From an uncultured bacterium (lineage in GTDB: Bacteria > Chlamydiota > Chlamydiia > Chlamydiales > JACRBE01), in the NCBI GenBank assembly GCA_964429005.1, contig CAYSAJ010000003.1, forward strand, positions 21,153 through 85,152: a stretch of DNA of 64,000 nucleotides, written 5' to 3'. Each line of letters opens with the position of its first letter. Position 1 is the stretch's first letter. The position numbers and the translations under genes were made by a program. This document shows positions 54,851-64,000 of this stretch, piece by piece. The notes under the pieces are model-generated. The model saw only the letters and a list, made by a program, of their open reading frames with translations, was not told the DNA's origin and did no database searches.

Positions 54851-55298
54851 ATCCAGCAAAGTTGCGCTGCCGCCACGCCTCATAAATGCTAATTGCGACG
54901 CTATTAGCTAAATTAAGGCAGCGCACATCCTCTATCATGGGTATTTTTACAAATTTCTCAGGATATTTCTCCCAAAAAATTGGAGGAAGTCCGCTCGTTT
55001 CAGATCCAAAAATAAGAAGGCTATTTGTATCATAAGAAACCTCATGAAACCCTTTTGTTGCCTTGCTAGAAAAGAAATAAAAGGAATGAGGGTAGGCATT
55101 CAAATATTCATCTAAATCCTGAATCACATCAATCGACATCTCTTTATAATAATCTAGGCCTGCTCTTTTCAACATACGATCGGATAATCGAAATCCAAGA
55201 GGTTCGACCAAGATTAGATCGTTACCAGTTGCTTTACAGGTGCGAATGATATTGCCCGTATTTTGGGGAATGCAAGGTTCAACAAGTACAATTTTCAT
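54831..55298 (-). CDS. trmL: tRNA (cytidine/uridine-34 2'-O)-methyltransferase TrmL (YibK)
   Basis: MKIVLVEPCIPQNTGNIIRTCKATG N-terminus and the C-terminal SLNLANSVAISIYEAWRQ SPOUT knot motif. Confidence 0.85.
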   Translation of the reverse strand: MKIVLVEPCIPQNTGNIIRTCKATGNDLILVEPLGFRLSDRMLKRAGLDYYKEMSIDVIQDLDEYLNAYPHSFYFFSSKATKGFHEVSYDTNSLLIFGSETSGLPPIFWEKYPEKFVKIPMIEDVRCLNLANSVAISIYEAWRQRNFAGSTCFDR

Positions 55299-55331
55299 AA
55301 AAAAAGAAGGGAATGACTATTAGTCATTCCC
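55299..55331 (-). terminator. Intrinsic terminator downstream of mip
   Basis: On the minus strand: GGGAATGAC-uaaua-GUCAUUCCC followed by UUCUUUUUUU. It lies 17 nt after the mip stop, and the U-tract runs directly into the trmL ATG. Confidence 0.75.
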
Positions 55332-55347
55332 TGGATTGTAGTAAAGA

Positions 55348-56142
55348 CTAGCGTATAGCTTCTTCTTTATTTTCTGATTTAGCGATTTCATCCATTGATT
55401 GTTCACTATCTAAGTTCGCAACAGACTCTTCTTTTTGAGGAGTATTAGCACGGATGAGTTCAATTTCAAATGTTAACATGGAGTTGGGGGGCAAATAACC
55501 ATTTGCTCCATAGGCTAAGTCTGGGTGAATATAAAGGGTTCTTTTTTCCCCCTCTTTCATCCCAACAATTCCTTTAGCAAACCCTGAAATCGTTTCTTTT
55601 AAAGAAATGACCTCATCATCTTTAGAGGCTCCAAAAACTGTGCCATCTAAAAATTTACCAACATAACGAATAGTAGGGGAATAGTCTTCTTTGACGATTT
55701 CGCCATGACCTTCTTTTTCAATTTTGTATTGGAGTTTGCCTTTTTCAAGCTCTCTGACAGCTATTTGAGAAGCATTTTTTATGAGAAATTCATCAGCTTT
55801 AGCGAGATTTTCTTTAGCTTGCTTTTGGAAAGCTTCTTCTTGAATTTGAGTGATCGCCTGGATGCACTCAGACTCTGACAGGGGAGATGGTTTCCCTGCA
55901 AGAGAATCTTGAATTCCTCGAATAATTAATGAAGTGTCAAAATTTAAGCCGAGAGACTCGATATTTTTCGCAATTAAATGACCAAAGGCCTCAGATACCT
56001 TCACGATATCTACAACGGGCTTTTTTTCTTCCTTGGTTTCTACGATAGATTCCTTAGCTTGAATTTGTGTACTGAGTGAAGCAATCGCAAAGAAAATCGC
56101 AAGAAGTGATTTTGCTTTCATATTTATAACTCCTATCTTCAT
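55348..56142 (-). CDS. mip: Mip-type FKBP peptidyl-prolyl cis-trans isomerase
   Basis: Signal peptide, a long dimerisation-helix region and a C-terminal FKBP domain (YVGKFLDGTVFG ... GMKEGEKRTLYIHPDLAYG ... LTFEIELI). Confidence 0.9.
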   Translation of the reverse strand: MKIGVINMKAKSLLAIFFAIASLSTQIQAKESIVETKEEKKPVVDIVKVSEAFGHLIAKNIESLGLNFDTSLIIRGIQDSLAGKPSPLSESECIQAITQIQEEAFQKQAKENLAKADEFLIKNASQIAVRELEKGKLQYKIEKEGHGEIVKEDYSPTIRYVGKFLDGTVFGASKDDEVISLKETISGFAKGIVGMKEGEKRTLYIHPDLAYGANGYLPPNSMLTFEIELIRANTPQKEESVANLDSEQSMDEIAKSENKEEAIR

Positions 56143-56165
56143 AAGATATCAATGTAGAGGGTTAA

Positions 56166-57959
56166 TTATTTAACTCCAAGTGATTTTTCAATTTCTTGGT
56201 GTTGTATTTTTAGCTCGTCAAGTTGGTGTGGATGGACAATAGCTGGGCTATCCATCATAAGATCATATGCTTTCTGTGTCTTTGGGAAAGCGATAACATC
56301 TCTTATGTTGTCTGTCTGCGTCATGATCATCATGAGGCGGTCGAATCCTAGGGCAATACCAGCATGAGGTGGGGTTCCAAAACTGAGGGCTTCTATAAAG
56401 AACCCAAATTTTTCTACAATTTCTTGATCTGTTAGACTTAGCGCCTGGAAAATCTTTTTTTGTAGATCTTGGTCATGGATACGCTGTGATCCCCCACCAA
56501 TTTCATAGCCATTTAAGACTACATCATAGGCGACGGCTCTCACTTTGAAGGGATCAGAATCGATAAGGTGAATATCATCAGGGTGAGGAGCGGTAAAAGG
56601 ATGATGTTCACTTTGCATCCTATGCTCTTTATCGTTATAAGAGAATAATGGGAACTCTTCTACCCAGAGGAATTTCAAATGGAAAGGATCCATGAGTCCT
56701 TGTTCTTTTGCTATATGACGTCTCAAGTGGTCAAGTCCCTGGTTTACGACAGACTCGGGGCCTGCAGCAAATAAAATTAAGTCATCTTTTTCCACTTCTA
56801 AGATTCTTTTTATTTCATTCAATTCATGCTCTGAGAAGTATTTTACTATACTGGATTGAAAGCCATCTTGAGTAAATTTAACATGGGCCAAGCCGCCAAG
56901 ACCAAAAGGCTTAACAAAATCAGAGTAAGCGTCAATCTCTCGACGCGATTTGGAGGCGCCTTTTTTCAGGTTAAAGGCTTTGACGACTCCCTGAGACTCT
57001 AGGGCTTGTTTAAATACAGAGAACTCTGTCTTTTGAAGGGCAGAGTCTAAGCGTTTGAACGACATGCCAAAGCGGAGATCAGGGCGATCTGTTCCGTAAT
57101 ATTCCATGCAGTCTTTGTGTTTCATACGGAAAAAAGGAGTAGGAATATCAACATTAGAAATCTTCTTAAAAAGGATTTTTAATAGGCCTTCAATTAAGTT
57201 TTGGATGTCCTCTTTTTTAATAAAACTCATTTCTACGTCAATTTGGGTGAATTCTGGTTGACGGTCGGCGCGAAGATCTTCATCTCTGAAACATTGGGCG
57301 ATTTGAAAATATCGATCGAGACCTGATACCATCATTAGCTGTTTAAAAATTTGAGGGGATTGAGGCAGTGCGTAAAACTTCCCAGGATGTACACGAGAGG
57401 GAACTAAATAATCTCTAGCGCCTTCAGGGGTCGATTTGCCTAAAATGGGTGTGGTAACCTCAGAAAATCCGTGTTGATCCATATAATTACGAATAACAAC
57501 CATCGACTTGTGTCGGAGTTCGAGTTTATTCAGAATATCTCCTCTTCGGATATCTAGGTATCTGTAGGTTAAGCGGAGTTCTTCATTTACATCCAAAGTC
57601 TCATCCGAAATTGAAAAAGGTGGCGTTTTTGCTTTCGATAGAACGAGTAATTCATACGCCTCAACTTCGATTTCTCCAGTACTCAGTTTGGGGTTAGCCA
57701 TACCCGGGGCTCTAGATCGAACTTTCCCTTTTATAGAAATCACCCATTCTGAGCGAAGGTCCTGAGCTTTGAAGTGAATATCTTTAGCAATATCTGGGTC
57801 AAATACGAGTTGTGTTAACCCAAATTTATCTCGAAGATCTATGAAAATCACACCGCCATGATCTCGTCTTCTATGAACCCAGCCAGAAAGGGTGACAACT
57901 TGATCAATTTGAGACTTTCTTAACTCACCGCAAGTATGCGATCTTCTATAATCAAACAT
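56166..57959 (-). CDS. aspS: Aspartyl-tRNA synthetase
   Basis: Class II motifs (FRDEDLRADRQPEFTQ, GGGSQRIH, GIALGFDRL) and an OB-fold N-terminus. Confidence 0.97.
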   Translation of the reverse strand: MFDYRRSHTCGELRKSQIDQVVTLSGWVHRRRDHGGVIFIDLRDKFGLTQLVFDPDIAKDIHFKAQDLRSEWVISIKGKVRSRAPGMANPKLSTGEIEVEAYELLVLSKAKTPPFSISDETLDVNEELRLTYRYLDIRRGDILNKLELRHKSMVVIRNYMDQHGFSEVTTPILGKSTPEGARDYLVPSRVHPGKFYALPQSPQIFKQLMMVSGLDRYFQIAQCFRDEDLRADRQPEFTQIDVEMSFIKKEDIQNLIEGLLKILFKKISNVDIPTPFFRMKHKDCMEYYGTDRPDLRFGMSFKRLDSALQKTEFSVFKQALESQGVVKAFNLKKGASKSRREIDAYSDFVKPFGLGGLAHVKFTQDGFQSSIVKYFSEHELNEIKRILEVEKDDLILFAAGPESVVNQGLDHLRRHIAKEQGLMDPFHLKFLWVEEFPLFSYNDKEHRMQSEHHPFTAPHPDDIHLIDSDPFKVRAVAYDVVLNGYEIGGGSQRIHDQDLQKKIFQALSLTDQEIVEKFGFFIEALSFGTPPHAGIALGFDRLMMIMTQTDNIRDVIAFPKTQKAYDLMMDSPAIVHPHQLDELKIQHQEIEKSLGVK

Positions 57960-59235
57960 GAGTTCTCCACAAATTATGAATAGTTGATATCAGGGAATGC
58001 AAGGGGACGGACTGTTCAGCACCTGTTGACATTTCTTTGATTTTAATAGTTTGTTGTTGTAGCTCTGTTTCACCAATAACTACAACATACTTGGCTCCAA
58101 GTTCATTAGCAAACTGAAGCGCCTTTTGTAATTTTCTTCCTCTTAGGTACAAATCAGCTGGGATATTATGTTGTCTTAGTGCAGTTGCTAATTGATAAGA
58201 AGCATGTTTTGCATGATCGTCGAGGGGAATGAAGTAGAGGAAGAGATCTGGAGGCAATACGGGAAGGGATTGTTGAGCTTCTAGAGTAAGAAGGATTCTC
58301 TCAATTCCTGTGCCAAAGCCAACAGCAGGTAAGTCAGGACCTTCTAAAGATTTTAAAAGAGAATCATAACGACCCCCACCGCCTAGAGTACTTTGAGCGC
58401 CTAGATCAGTTGTGATGATTTCAAAAACTGTCTCGTTGTAATAATCAAGGCCCCGAACAAGGTTGGGATCTACTGTGGAAATAATTCCAACAGCCTTTAG
58501 CTGATCGATGATATAATTAAAGTTTTTCGCAGATTCATCTTCTAGAAAATCGAGGATCTTAGGCCCTGTTTTCAGGATTTCTTTGTCCTTTGGATCTTTT
58601 GAATCTAAGATTCGGAGTGGATTGTTTTCAAATCGCAATTGGCTATCTTCAGAAAGTTCAGGCAGATATTGGCCTAGGTAGTCTTTCAAAGCTTGTGTAT
58701 ACGCGTGTCTAGCTGACTGTGTTCCGAGACAATTAAGATTAACGGATAAGTTTTTTAGGCCTATAGTCCGGTAGCTTTCCATAAGAAGATGGATAATTTC
58801 TACGTCTTGTAGAGGATCTTTTACACCAATGACTTCTGCGCCAAATTGGTGAAACTGGCGATATCTGCCTGCTTGAGGCCGATCGTAGCGGAAAAAAGGG
58901 CCAAAATAAAAAAGCTTCTGAGCCTTTTTATTTTGCTCAAGTTGATTTTCGATGTAGGCCCGCATCGCGGGGGCTGTTCCTTCAGGGCGTAAGGTCATCA
59001 TCCGCCCCCCCTTATCCTCAAATGTAAACATTTCCTTGGATACAATGTCAGAAGATTCTCCTGAGGTCCGGATAAAGAGTTCCGTTTTTTCAAAAATTGG
59101 AGTGATGATTTCGTGAAATCCAAAGGACTGAGCCAGCTTCCTAAGGTGAGCTGTTAGCCAATTAAAGTTGTCAGATGACTTCCAACTTGCTTCAGGGAAG
59201 GAGTCGAAAACTCCTTTAGGTCGGGAATATTTCAT
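57952..59235 (-). CDS. hisS: Histidyl-tRNA synthetase
   Basis: Class II motifs (FRYDRPQAGRYRQFHQ, GGGGRYD, GFGTGIERI). It overlaps aspS by 8 nt. Confidence 0.95.
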   Translation of the reverse strand: MKYSRPKGVFDSFPEASWKSSDNFNWLTAHLRKLAQSFGFHEIITPIFEKTELFIRTSGESSDIVSKEMFTFEDKGGRMMTLRPEGTAPAMRAYIENQLEQNKKAQKLFYFGPFFRYDRPQAGRYRQFHQFGAEVIGVKDPLQDVEIIHLLMESYRTIGLKNLSVNLNCLGTQSARHAYTQALKDYLGQYLPELSEDSQLRFENNPLRILDSKDPKDKEILKTGPKILDFLEDESAKNFNYIIDQLKAVGIISTVDPNLVRGLDYYNETVFEIITTDLGAQSTLGGGGRYDSLLKSLEGPDLPAVGFGTGIERILLTLEAQQSLPVLPPDLFLYFIPLDDHAKHASYQLATALRQHNIPADLYLRGRKLQKALQFANELGAKYVVVIGETELQQQTIKIKEMSTGAEQSVPLHSLISTIHNLWRTHV

Positions 59236-59309
59236 GGGTTGCTTAAGAGTATCAATCTTTTAGAACAATTCAATTAGTAGATTATAAACCGTAGGAGAAA
59301 AAAGTTAAA

Positions 59310-59945
59310 TTACTTCTTTTTGAGAGACTGAACGGAGGAAAAATAATCGATCAAATCGGAAATTTGAACGAACCAAGTATTAAGTTGGCTGTTTTCCCCA
59401 TGGAGGGCATGATCTTCATGCAAATTTTTTAAAATAGCAATGAAGGGGAATGGCAGCCAATTCTCCCCAGCATATTTTTGCAAGTAATGGCCGAGGGGGT
59501 GATCGGTTTTTTTAGGGAACGTCTTAAATGAAGTAATAAAATTTTTTATAAGCTGTCTGATTTCAATACTTTCTATTCTTCCTAGATTTGATGGGGTAAA
59601 ATACTCAATAACTTGGTGCCAGGTTTGAGAGAGGCCTTTTGCATAATCTGTATTTCTTGAGTGGTCGTGAACCATCAACATTAAAATTAAATTTCTCATT
59701 TTATCGAGCATTTCTAGGGAAGGATCTAAAAGAAGCAGATGATTGGAATCTTCCGCTAGTTGAAATACATCATATAAATTTTCATTGACAAAGGCGATAA
59801 GGGCAGCGACTTTCGTAAGGGGGGCATGGGGATTTGAAGGAGTGATCATCCCTTCATCATCATAAAGATTTGGATCGGTTCTTAGAGGATCTCTGTCTTT
59901 GGCGCTATCAAACTCAAAATTGGATTCAATTCCTAAATCTTTCAT
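59310..59945 (-). CDS. Hypothetical protein (211 aa)
   Basis: ATG-initiated ORF with coding-like composition between hisS and the uhpC promoter. No signal peptide, TM or motif recognised. Confidence 0.55.
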   Translation of the reverse strand: MKDLGIESNFEFDSAKDRDPLRTDPNLYDDEGMITPSNPHAPLTKVAALIAFVNENLYDVFQLAEDSNHLLLLDPSLEMLDKMRNLILMLMVHDHSRNTDYAKGLSQTWHQVIEYFTPSNLGRIESIEIRQLIKNFITSFKTFPKKTDHPLGHYLQKYAGENWLPFPFIAILKNLHEDHALHGENSQLNTWFVQISDLIDYFSSVQSLKKK

Positions 59946-60003
59946 GGGATTTCTCGAGGGGAAACTATAAGTAATTCAAAATTTTATTCGTTGGAAAAAT
60001 GGG

Positions 60004-60033
60004 TTGACATTACTCTAAATCAACAGATACAAT
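60004..60033 (+). promoter_or_regulatory. Near-consensus sigma70 promoter for uhpC
   Basis: TTGACA, an 18-nt spacer and TACAAT, about 46 nt upstream of the GTG start at 60080. Confidence 0.5.
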
Positions 60034-60079
60034 TACCCCCAGGATAATGTAAATTTTTTTCTTAAAAAAAGGTTTCTTA

Positions 60080-61432
60080 GTGCGATTTTTGCTTAATCTT
60101 TTAGCTCCAGCTCCTCATATCGAACTTATTAAAGATCGTGACCAATTGGAGAGCAATTATAAGCATTGGAGATGGCGTATATTTTTCGGAATGTACGTAG
60201 GATATGCTATATTCTACCTTACAAGAAAAAGTTTCACATTTGTCATGCCTGCAATGGTAGAAAATTTAGGGTTTACCAAAGCCCAACTTGGATTTCTAGG
60301 AAGCATTCTTTATGTTACCTACGGCGCTTCTAAGTTCTTCAGTGGAATTCTCGCAGATCGTTCAAATTCCCGTTACTTTATGGGATTTGGCCTGATTCTT
60401 ACTGGTGTTTTTAATATTTTTTTTGGTTTTTCCCATTCTCTTCTCATGTTTACCCTCCTTTGGGGCTTGAACGGATTTTTCCAAGGGTGGGGATGGCCTC
60501 CTTGCGCTCGACTCCTCATGCACTGGTATTCTCAGTCAGAAAGAGGAAGATGGTGGGCCGCATGTAGCACTTCTCACAATGTAGGGGGGGCGCTCATTCC
60601 TGTATTGGCTACACAAATCGCCTTTTTATATGGCTGGCGCCAAGCCATGATTATCCCAGGTATTATTGCGATTATAGGTGGACTGTTCCTTATATACTGC
60701 CTTCGTGACACTCCCCAATCCTTAGGATTGCCTAGAGTAGAAGAGTATAAAAATGAGGAGATAGTAGATAACTATATCAACGAAAAAGGGGAAGAAAGAG
60801 AATTAACGACAAAAGAAATTCTTTTAAACTACGTTCTCAAAAATCGATTTATATGGATGCTTGCGATCGCTTACTTCTTCGTATATGTGATCCGAACTGC
60901 CGTTAACGATTGGGGTCAGTTCTTTCTTATTGAAAGTAAAGACATACCTCTTCGAGCTGCTGGCCAGGCAATATTCTGGTTTGAGTTTGGTGGTTTTTTT
61001 GGTTCCTTGATAGCTGGATGGGCTTCAGATAAAATTTTCAATGGGAAGAGAGCACCTGTGAACGTCCTCTGTTGCTTTTTTGTTGTCCTTGCCATGCTCA
61101 TTCTTTGGTTTGCTCCCCAGCAGAGTGTATTTGTCTGCTCAATCGCCATGTTCCTTATCGGATTTATGATTTTCGGGCCTCAAATGCTAATCGGAATAGC
61201 AGCCGCAGAACTTTCTCACAAAAAAGCTGCAGCTACAGCCAACGGATTTGCAGGATGGTTTGCTTATGCAGGGGCTGCGGTTGGCGCTTTTTCAGGCGGA
61301 ACAATTACGCAGGTGTTTGGATGGGAAGGGTATTTTTTTGCATTGGCAGGCTGTGCTCTCGCATCAATTTTGCTGCTTGTTCCTATGTGGTCAATTAAAG
61401 CCAATCCAAATCAAGCATTATCAACGACCTAG
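60080..61432 (+). CDS. uhpC: Hexose-phosphate transporter UhpC (MFS organophosphate:Pi antiporter family)
   Basis: YKHWRWRIFFGMYVGYAIFYLTRKSF N-terminal signature, DRSNSRYF and 12 TMs. The GTG start is needed to retain TM1. Confidence 0.9.
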   Translation: MRFLLNLLAPAPHIELIKDRDQLESNYKHWRWRIFFGMYVGYAIFYLTRKSFTFVMPAMVENLGFTKAQLGFLGSILYVTYGASKFFSGILADRSNSRYFMGFGLILTGVFNIFFGFSHSLLMFTLLWGLNGFFQGWGWPPCARLLMHWYSQSERGRWWAACSTSHNVGGALIPVLATQIAFLYGWRQAMIIPGIIAIIGGLFLIYCLRDTPQSLGLPRVEEYKNEEIVDNYINEKGEERELTTKEILLNYVLKNRFIWMLAIAYFFVYVIRTAVNDWGQFFLIESKDIPLRAAGQAIFWFEFGGFFGSLIAGWASDKIFNGKRAPVNVLCCFFVVLAMLILWFAPQQSVFVCSIAMFLIGFMIFGPQMLIGIAAAELSHKKAAATANGFAGWFAYAGAAVGAFSGGTITQVFGWEGYFFALAGCALASILLLVPMWSIKANPNQALSTT

Positions 61433-61512
61433 TCGTTCGCTCGAAAAACATTTATTTTCTCAGAAATTCTTAGTATAATTCCAAGAATAGACTTATTTTC
61501 TTTGGAGTTTCT

Positions 61513-64000
61513 ATGTCGTGGGTGCCCTTGCATGTCCATTCACAGTTTTCTATTCTTCAATCAACAGCATCCATAAAAGATCTCATACAAAAAGCTAAAG
61601 AGCACCAAACTTCAGCACTGGCTATTACAGATTTTTGCAATATGTTCGGTGTTGTTGATTTCTATAAAGCTGCAACAGGTGCCCAGATCAAACCCCTAAT
61701 CGGTATGGAAATCATGGTAGCGCCCCAGTCTCGTTTCGAAAAAAAGAAAACGAGTGTGGGAGCTTATGCGTATCCGTTAACACTTCTCGCTAAAAATGCA
61801 AAAGGGTATCGCAATCTTTGTAAGCTATCTTCTTTAGCTTACACGGAGGGATTTTACTACACCCCACGCATAGACAAAGAGTTATTAGCTTCACATTCTG
61901 AAGGGATTATTTGTCTTTCTGGATCTTCATCTTCATTGATTGCAGATCTTGCGTTTAAGTCATCCGGAAATTCTTTAGACGAAGAAATTGAGTGGTTTTT
62001 AAAGATTTTTGGAGAAGATTACTACTTTGAACTTCAAAATCATGAAATGAGAGAAGAAAAAATAGCACAGCAAGGAATTTCTAAAGAATCGTGGCTCTAT
62101 CAAAAGTACACAAGCCACATTCAAAAGCAAAAGATTGTTCGTACTACTCTTATTGAGAAGGGAAAGCAAAAAGGAGTAGTTTGCGTAGCCACTAATGAAA
62201 TCAAATATCTTGAGCCTGATGATTATAAAGCCCAAGAAATTCTGATGAATATTCAAGCCGGCGAAGTATGTGAGATTTGGGAAAGAGACCATCAGGGAAG
62301 ACCTTTAGGAAAAACCTTAAATCCCAAACGAGAAGTTCTGTATTCGCATGAGTATTACTTCAAAAGTCCAGATCAAATGGCTGAAGCATTTAAAGAATTC
62401 CCTGAGGCTGTCAGCAATACCCTTCAAGTTGCTGAGAAAATCGATTTTAGCTTTGATTTTAACCGTAAGTTTTATCCTGTTTTTATTCCGCCAGCCTTAG
62501 AGACAAAAAAATTTACGGATGAAGAAAGAACTCAAGCTGCTGCCCACTATTTAAAGCAATTATGCTATGACGCAATACCTCAAAGATATCAAGAGCAGCA
62601 TCTGGCGAAAGTCGCAGAAAAATATCCAGGGCAAGACCCAATGCAAGTAGTAAAGGATCGCCTTAAGCTAGAGCTTGATATCATTATCCCAAAAGGGTTA
62701 GGAGATTATCTCCTAATTGTTCACGACTTTATTTCGTGGGCTAAATCTAAAGGAATTCCTGTAGGTCCCGGACGTGGATCGGGTGTTGGATCGATTATTT
62801 TATATCTGATTGGTGTTACAGATATTGAACCTCTTCGATTTAGTTTGTTCTTTGAAAGATTTATTAATCCTGATCGAATCTCTTATCCTGATATTGATGT
62901 TGATATTTGCATGGATAGAAGGCAGGAGGTGATCGATTATACGATTCAAAAATACGGTAAAGAGAAGGTCGCGCAAATCATCACATTTGGTACGATGAAA
63001 GCAAAAATGGCGATCAAAGATGTTGGCAGAGTTTTAAATATTCCCCTGACCAAGGTTAACGAAATCGCTAAGCTCGTACCAGAAGATCTTAATATTACAA
63101 TCGAAAAAGCCCTGGAAGTTGATCCCGATTTAAAACGATTGTATGACACAGACGAGGAAGCAAAGCGACTGATAGATTTTGCTAAAAAAGTTGAAGGATC
63201 GATTCGTAACACGGGTATTCATGCCGCTGGACTCATTATTTGTGGCGATTCTTTGACCGACCATATTCCTGTTTGTGTGACCAAAGATGCTGAAATTTTA
63301 GCAACTCAATTTTCTATGAAACCAGTGGAAATGGTCGGGATGCTTAAAATCGACTTTTTAGGATTAAAAACCCTCACTTCAATTCAAAAAGCTGTCGATC
63401 TGATCAAAAAGCATACAAAGACAGAGATTGACTGGTCAAATTTACCCTTAGAAGATCAAAAAACTTTTGATTTGCTCAACCAAGGAAAAACGCTGGGAAT
63501 ATTCCAGCTTGAATCTGCAGGAATGAGAGATCTTGCAAGACAGCTACATATAGACAAATTTGAAGAAATTATTGCTGTAGGTGCCCTTTATCGCCCAGGG
63601 CCTATGGAAATGATTCCTTCTTTTATTAACCGTAAGCATGGTCTTGAAAATATTGAAATCGATCACCCCCTAATGGCTGATATTTTAAAAGAAACATATG
63701 GAATTATTGTCTATCAAGAGCAGGTGATGCAGATCGCCCAAACTTTAGCAAATTACTCTCTTGGAGAAGGTGATGTTTTGCGAAGGGCTATGGGAAAAAA
63801 AGATAAAGATGAAATGGCTCGGCAAGGAGAAAAATTTAAAGCAGGTGCTTTAGCAAATAATATTTCTGAAGAGCTTGGGATGATGATTTTCAATAAAGTT
63901 GAGAAATTTGCATCTTACGGATTTAACAAATCTCATGCTACAGCGTATGCATACCTTACATATGTAACAAGCTATCTCAAAGCAAATTATACTAAAGAAT
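61513..64000 (+). CDS. dnaE: DNA polymerase III alpha subunit, 3' end cut by the window edge
   Basis: Absent from the ORF track because it has no stop within the window. The ATG at 61513 follows GGAG. The translation MSWVPLHVHSQFSILQS (PHP domain) ... GPGRGSGVGS ... DIDVDI ... FNKSHATAYA stays open to nt 64000. Confidence 0.95.
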   Translation, partial: MSWVPLHVHSQFSILQSTASIKDLIQKAKEHQTSALAITDFCNMFGVVDFYKAATGAQIKPLIGMEIMVAPQSRFEKKKTSVGAYAYPLTLLAKNAKGYRNLCKLSSLAYTEGFYYTPRIDKELLASHSEGIICLSGSSSSLIADLAFKSSGNSLDEEIEWFLKIFGEDYYFELQNHEMREEKIAQQGISKESWLYQKYTSHIQKQKIVRTTLIEKGKQKGVVCVATNEIKYLEPDDYKAQEILMNIQAGEVCEIWERDHQGRPLGKTLNPKREVLYSHEYYFKSPDQMAEAFKEFPEAVSNTLQVAEKIDFSFDFNRKFYPVFIPPALETKKFTDEERTQAAAHYLKQLCYDAIPQRYQEQHLAKVAEKYPGQDPMQVVKDRLKLELDIIIPKGLGDYLLIVHDFISWAKSKGIPVGPGRGSGVGSIILYLIGVTDIEPLRFSLFFERFINPDRISYPDIDVDICMDRRQEVIDYTIQKYGKEKVAQIITFGTMKAKMAIKDVGRVLNIPLTKVNEIAKLVPEDLNITIEKALEVDPDLKRLYDTDEEAKRLIDFAKKVEGSIRNTGIHAAGLIICGDSLTDHIPVCVTKDAEILATQFSMKPVEMVGMLKIDFLGLKTLTSIQKAVDLIKKHTKTEIDWSNLPLEDQKTFDLLNQGKTLGIFQLESAGMRDLARQLHIDKFEEIIAVGALYRPGPMEMIPSFINRKHGLENIEIDHPLMADILKETYGIIVYQEQVMQIAQTLANYSLGEGDVLRRAMGKKDKDEMARQGEKFKAGALANNISEELGMMIFNKVEKFASYGFNKSHATAYAYLTYVTSYLKANYTKE

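Noticed and set aside
61433-61512. ATTCTT…AAGAAT inverted repeat around a TATAAT box upstream of dnaE, considered as an operator
   Set aside because: The arms are only 6 bp in very AT-rich sequence and the -35 match (TTTATT) is poor. This is too weak to call beyond chance.

Overview
This is an AT-rich, densely coding chromosomal window with about 58 protein genes. I saw no rRNA, tRNA, CRISPR array, transposase or integrase by eye. The gene content points to phylum Chlamydiota outside the Chlamydiaceae, an 'environmental chlamydia' of Parachlamydiaceae-like type. Supporting genes are an ATP/ADP-type nucleotide translocase (NTT), the UhpC hexose-phosphate transporter, a Mip FKBP protein, an RsbU-type HAMP-PP2C sensor phosphatase and a 1500-aa fused SecDF. 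Several gene orders match what I recall from Chlamydia trachomatis: eno/rsbU; rho-coaE-polA-sppA with pgsA/ntt; gltX/tsp/euo/recJ/secDF; uppS-cdsA-cmk-plsC; argS/murA; and trxA-trmL-mip-aspS-hisS-uhpC-dnaE. Most of the window is ordinary housekeeping: glycolysis, aminoacyl-tRNA synthetases, replication and lipid synthesis. I found no convincing novel multi-gene system such as a defence island, mobile element or secretion apparatus. The leads worth a second look are small accessory insertions between the conserved blocks. (1) An orphan 434-aa protein (49821-51122) has a Ser-rich N-terminus, a GC-rich poly-Ala patch and about seven degenerate 31-32-aa helical repeats, making it a candidate secreted effector. 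(2) A three-gene patch (10462-12845) holds a holin-like two-TM protein, a C39-like cysteine peptidase and a secreted orphan. (3) A membrane-anchored divergent GH1 glycosidase is preceded by a 33-bp phased repeat that forms tandem promoter-like units, plus a hairpin that sequesters its Shine-Dalgarno sequence. (4) A free-hexose module (MFS sugar porter, ManA, ROK kinase) is present. (5) A tandem-HTH protein sits in the euo position behind a 310-bp AT-rich leader. (6) An unannotated 41-aa lipoprotein and several unusual gene junctions are also noted. All function calls rest on motifs I read in the translations. No database search was run.
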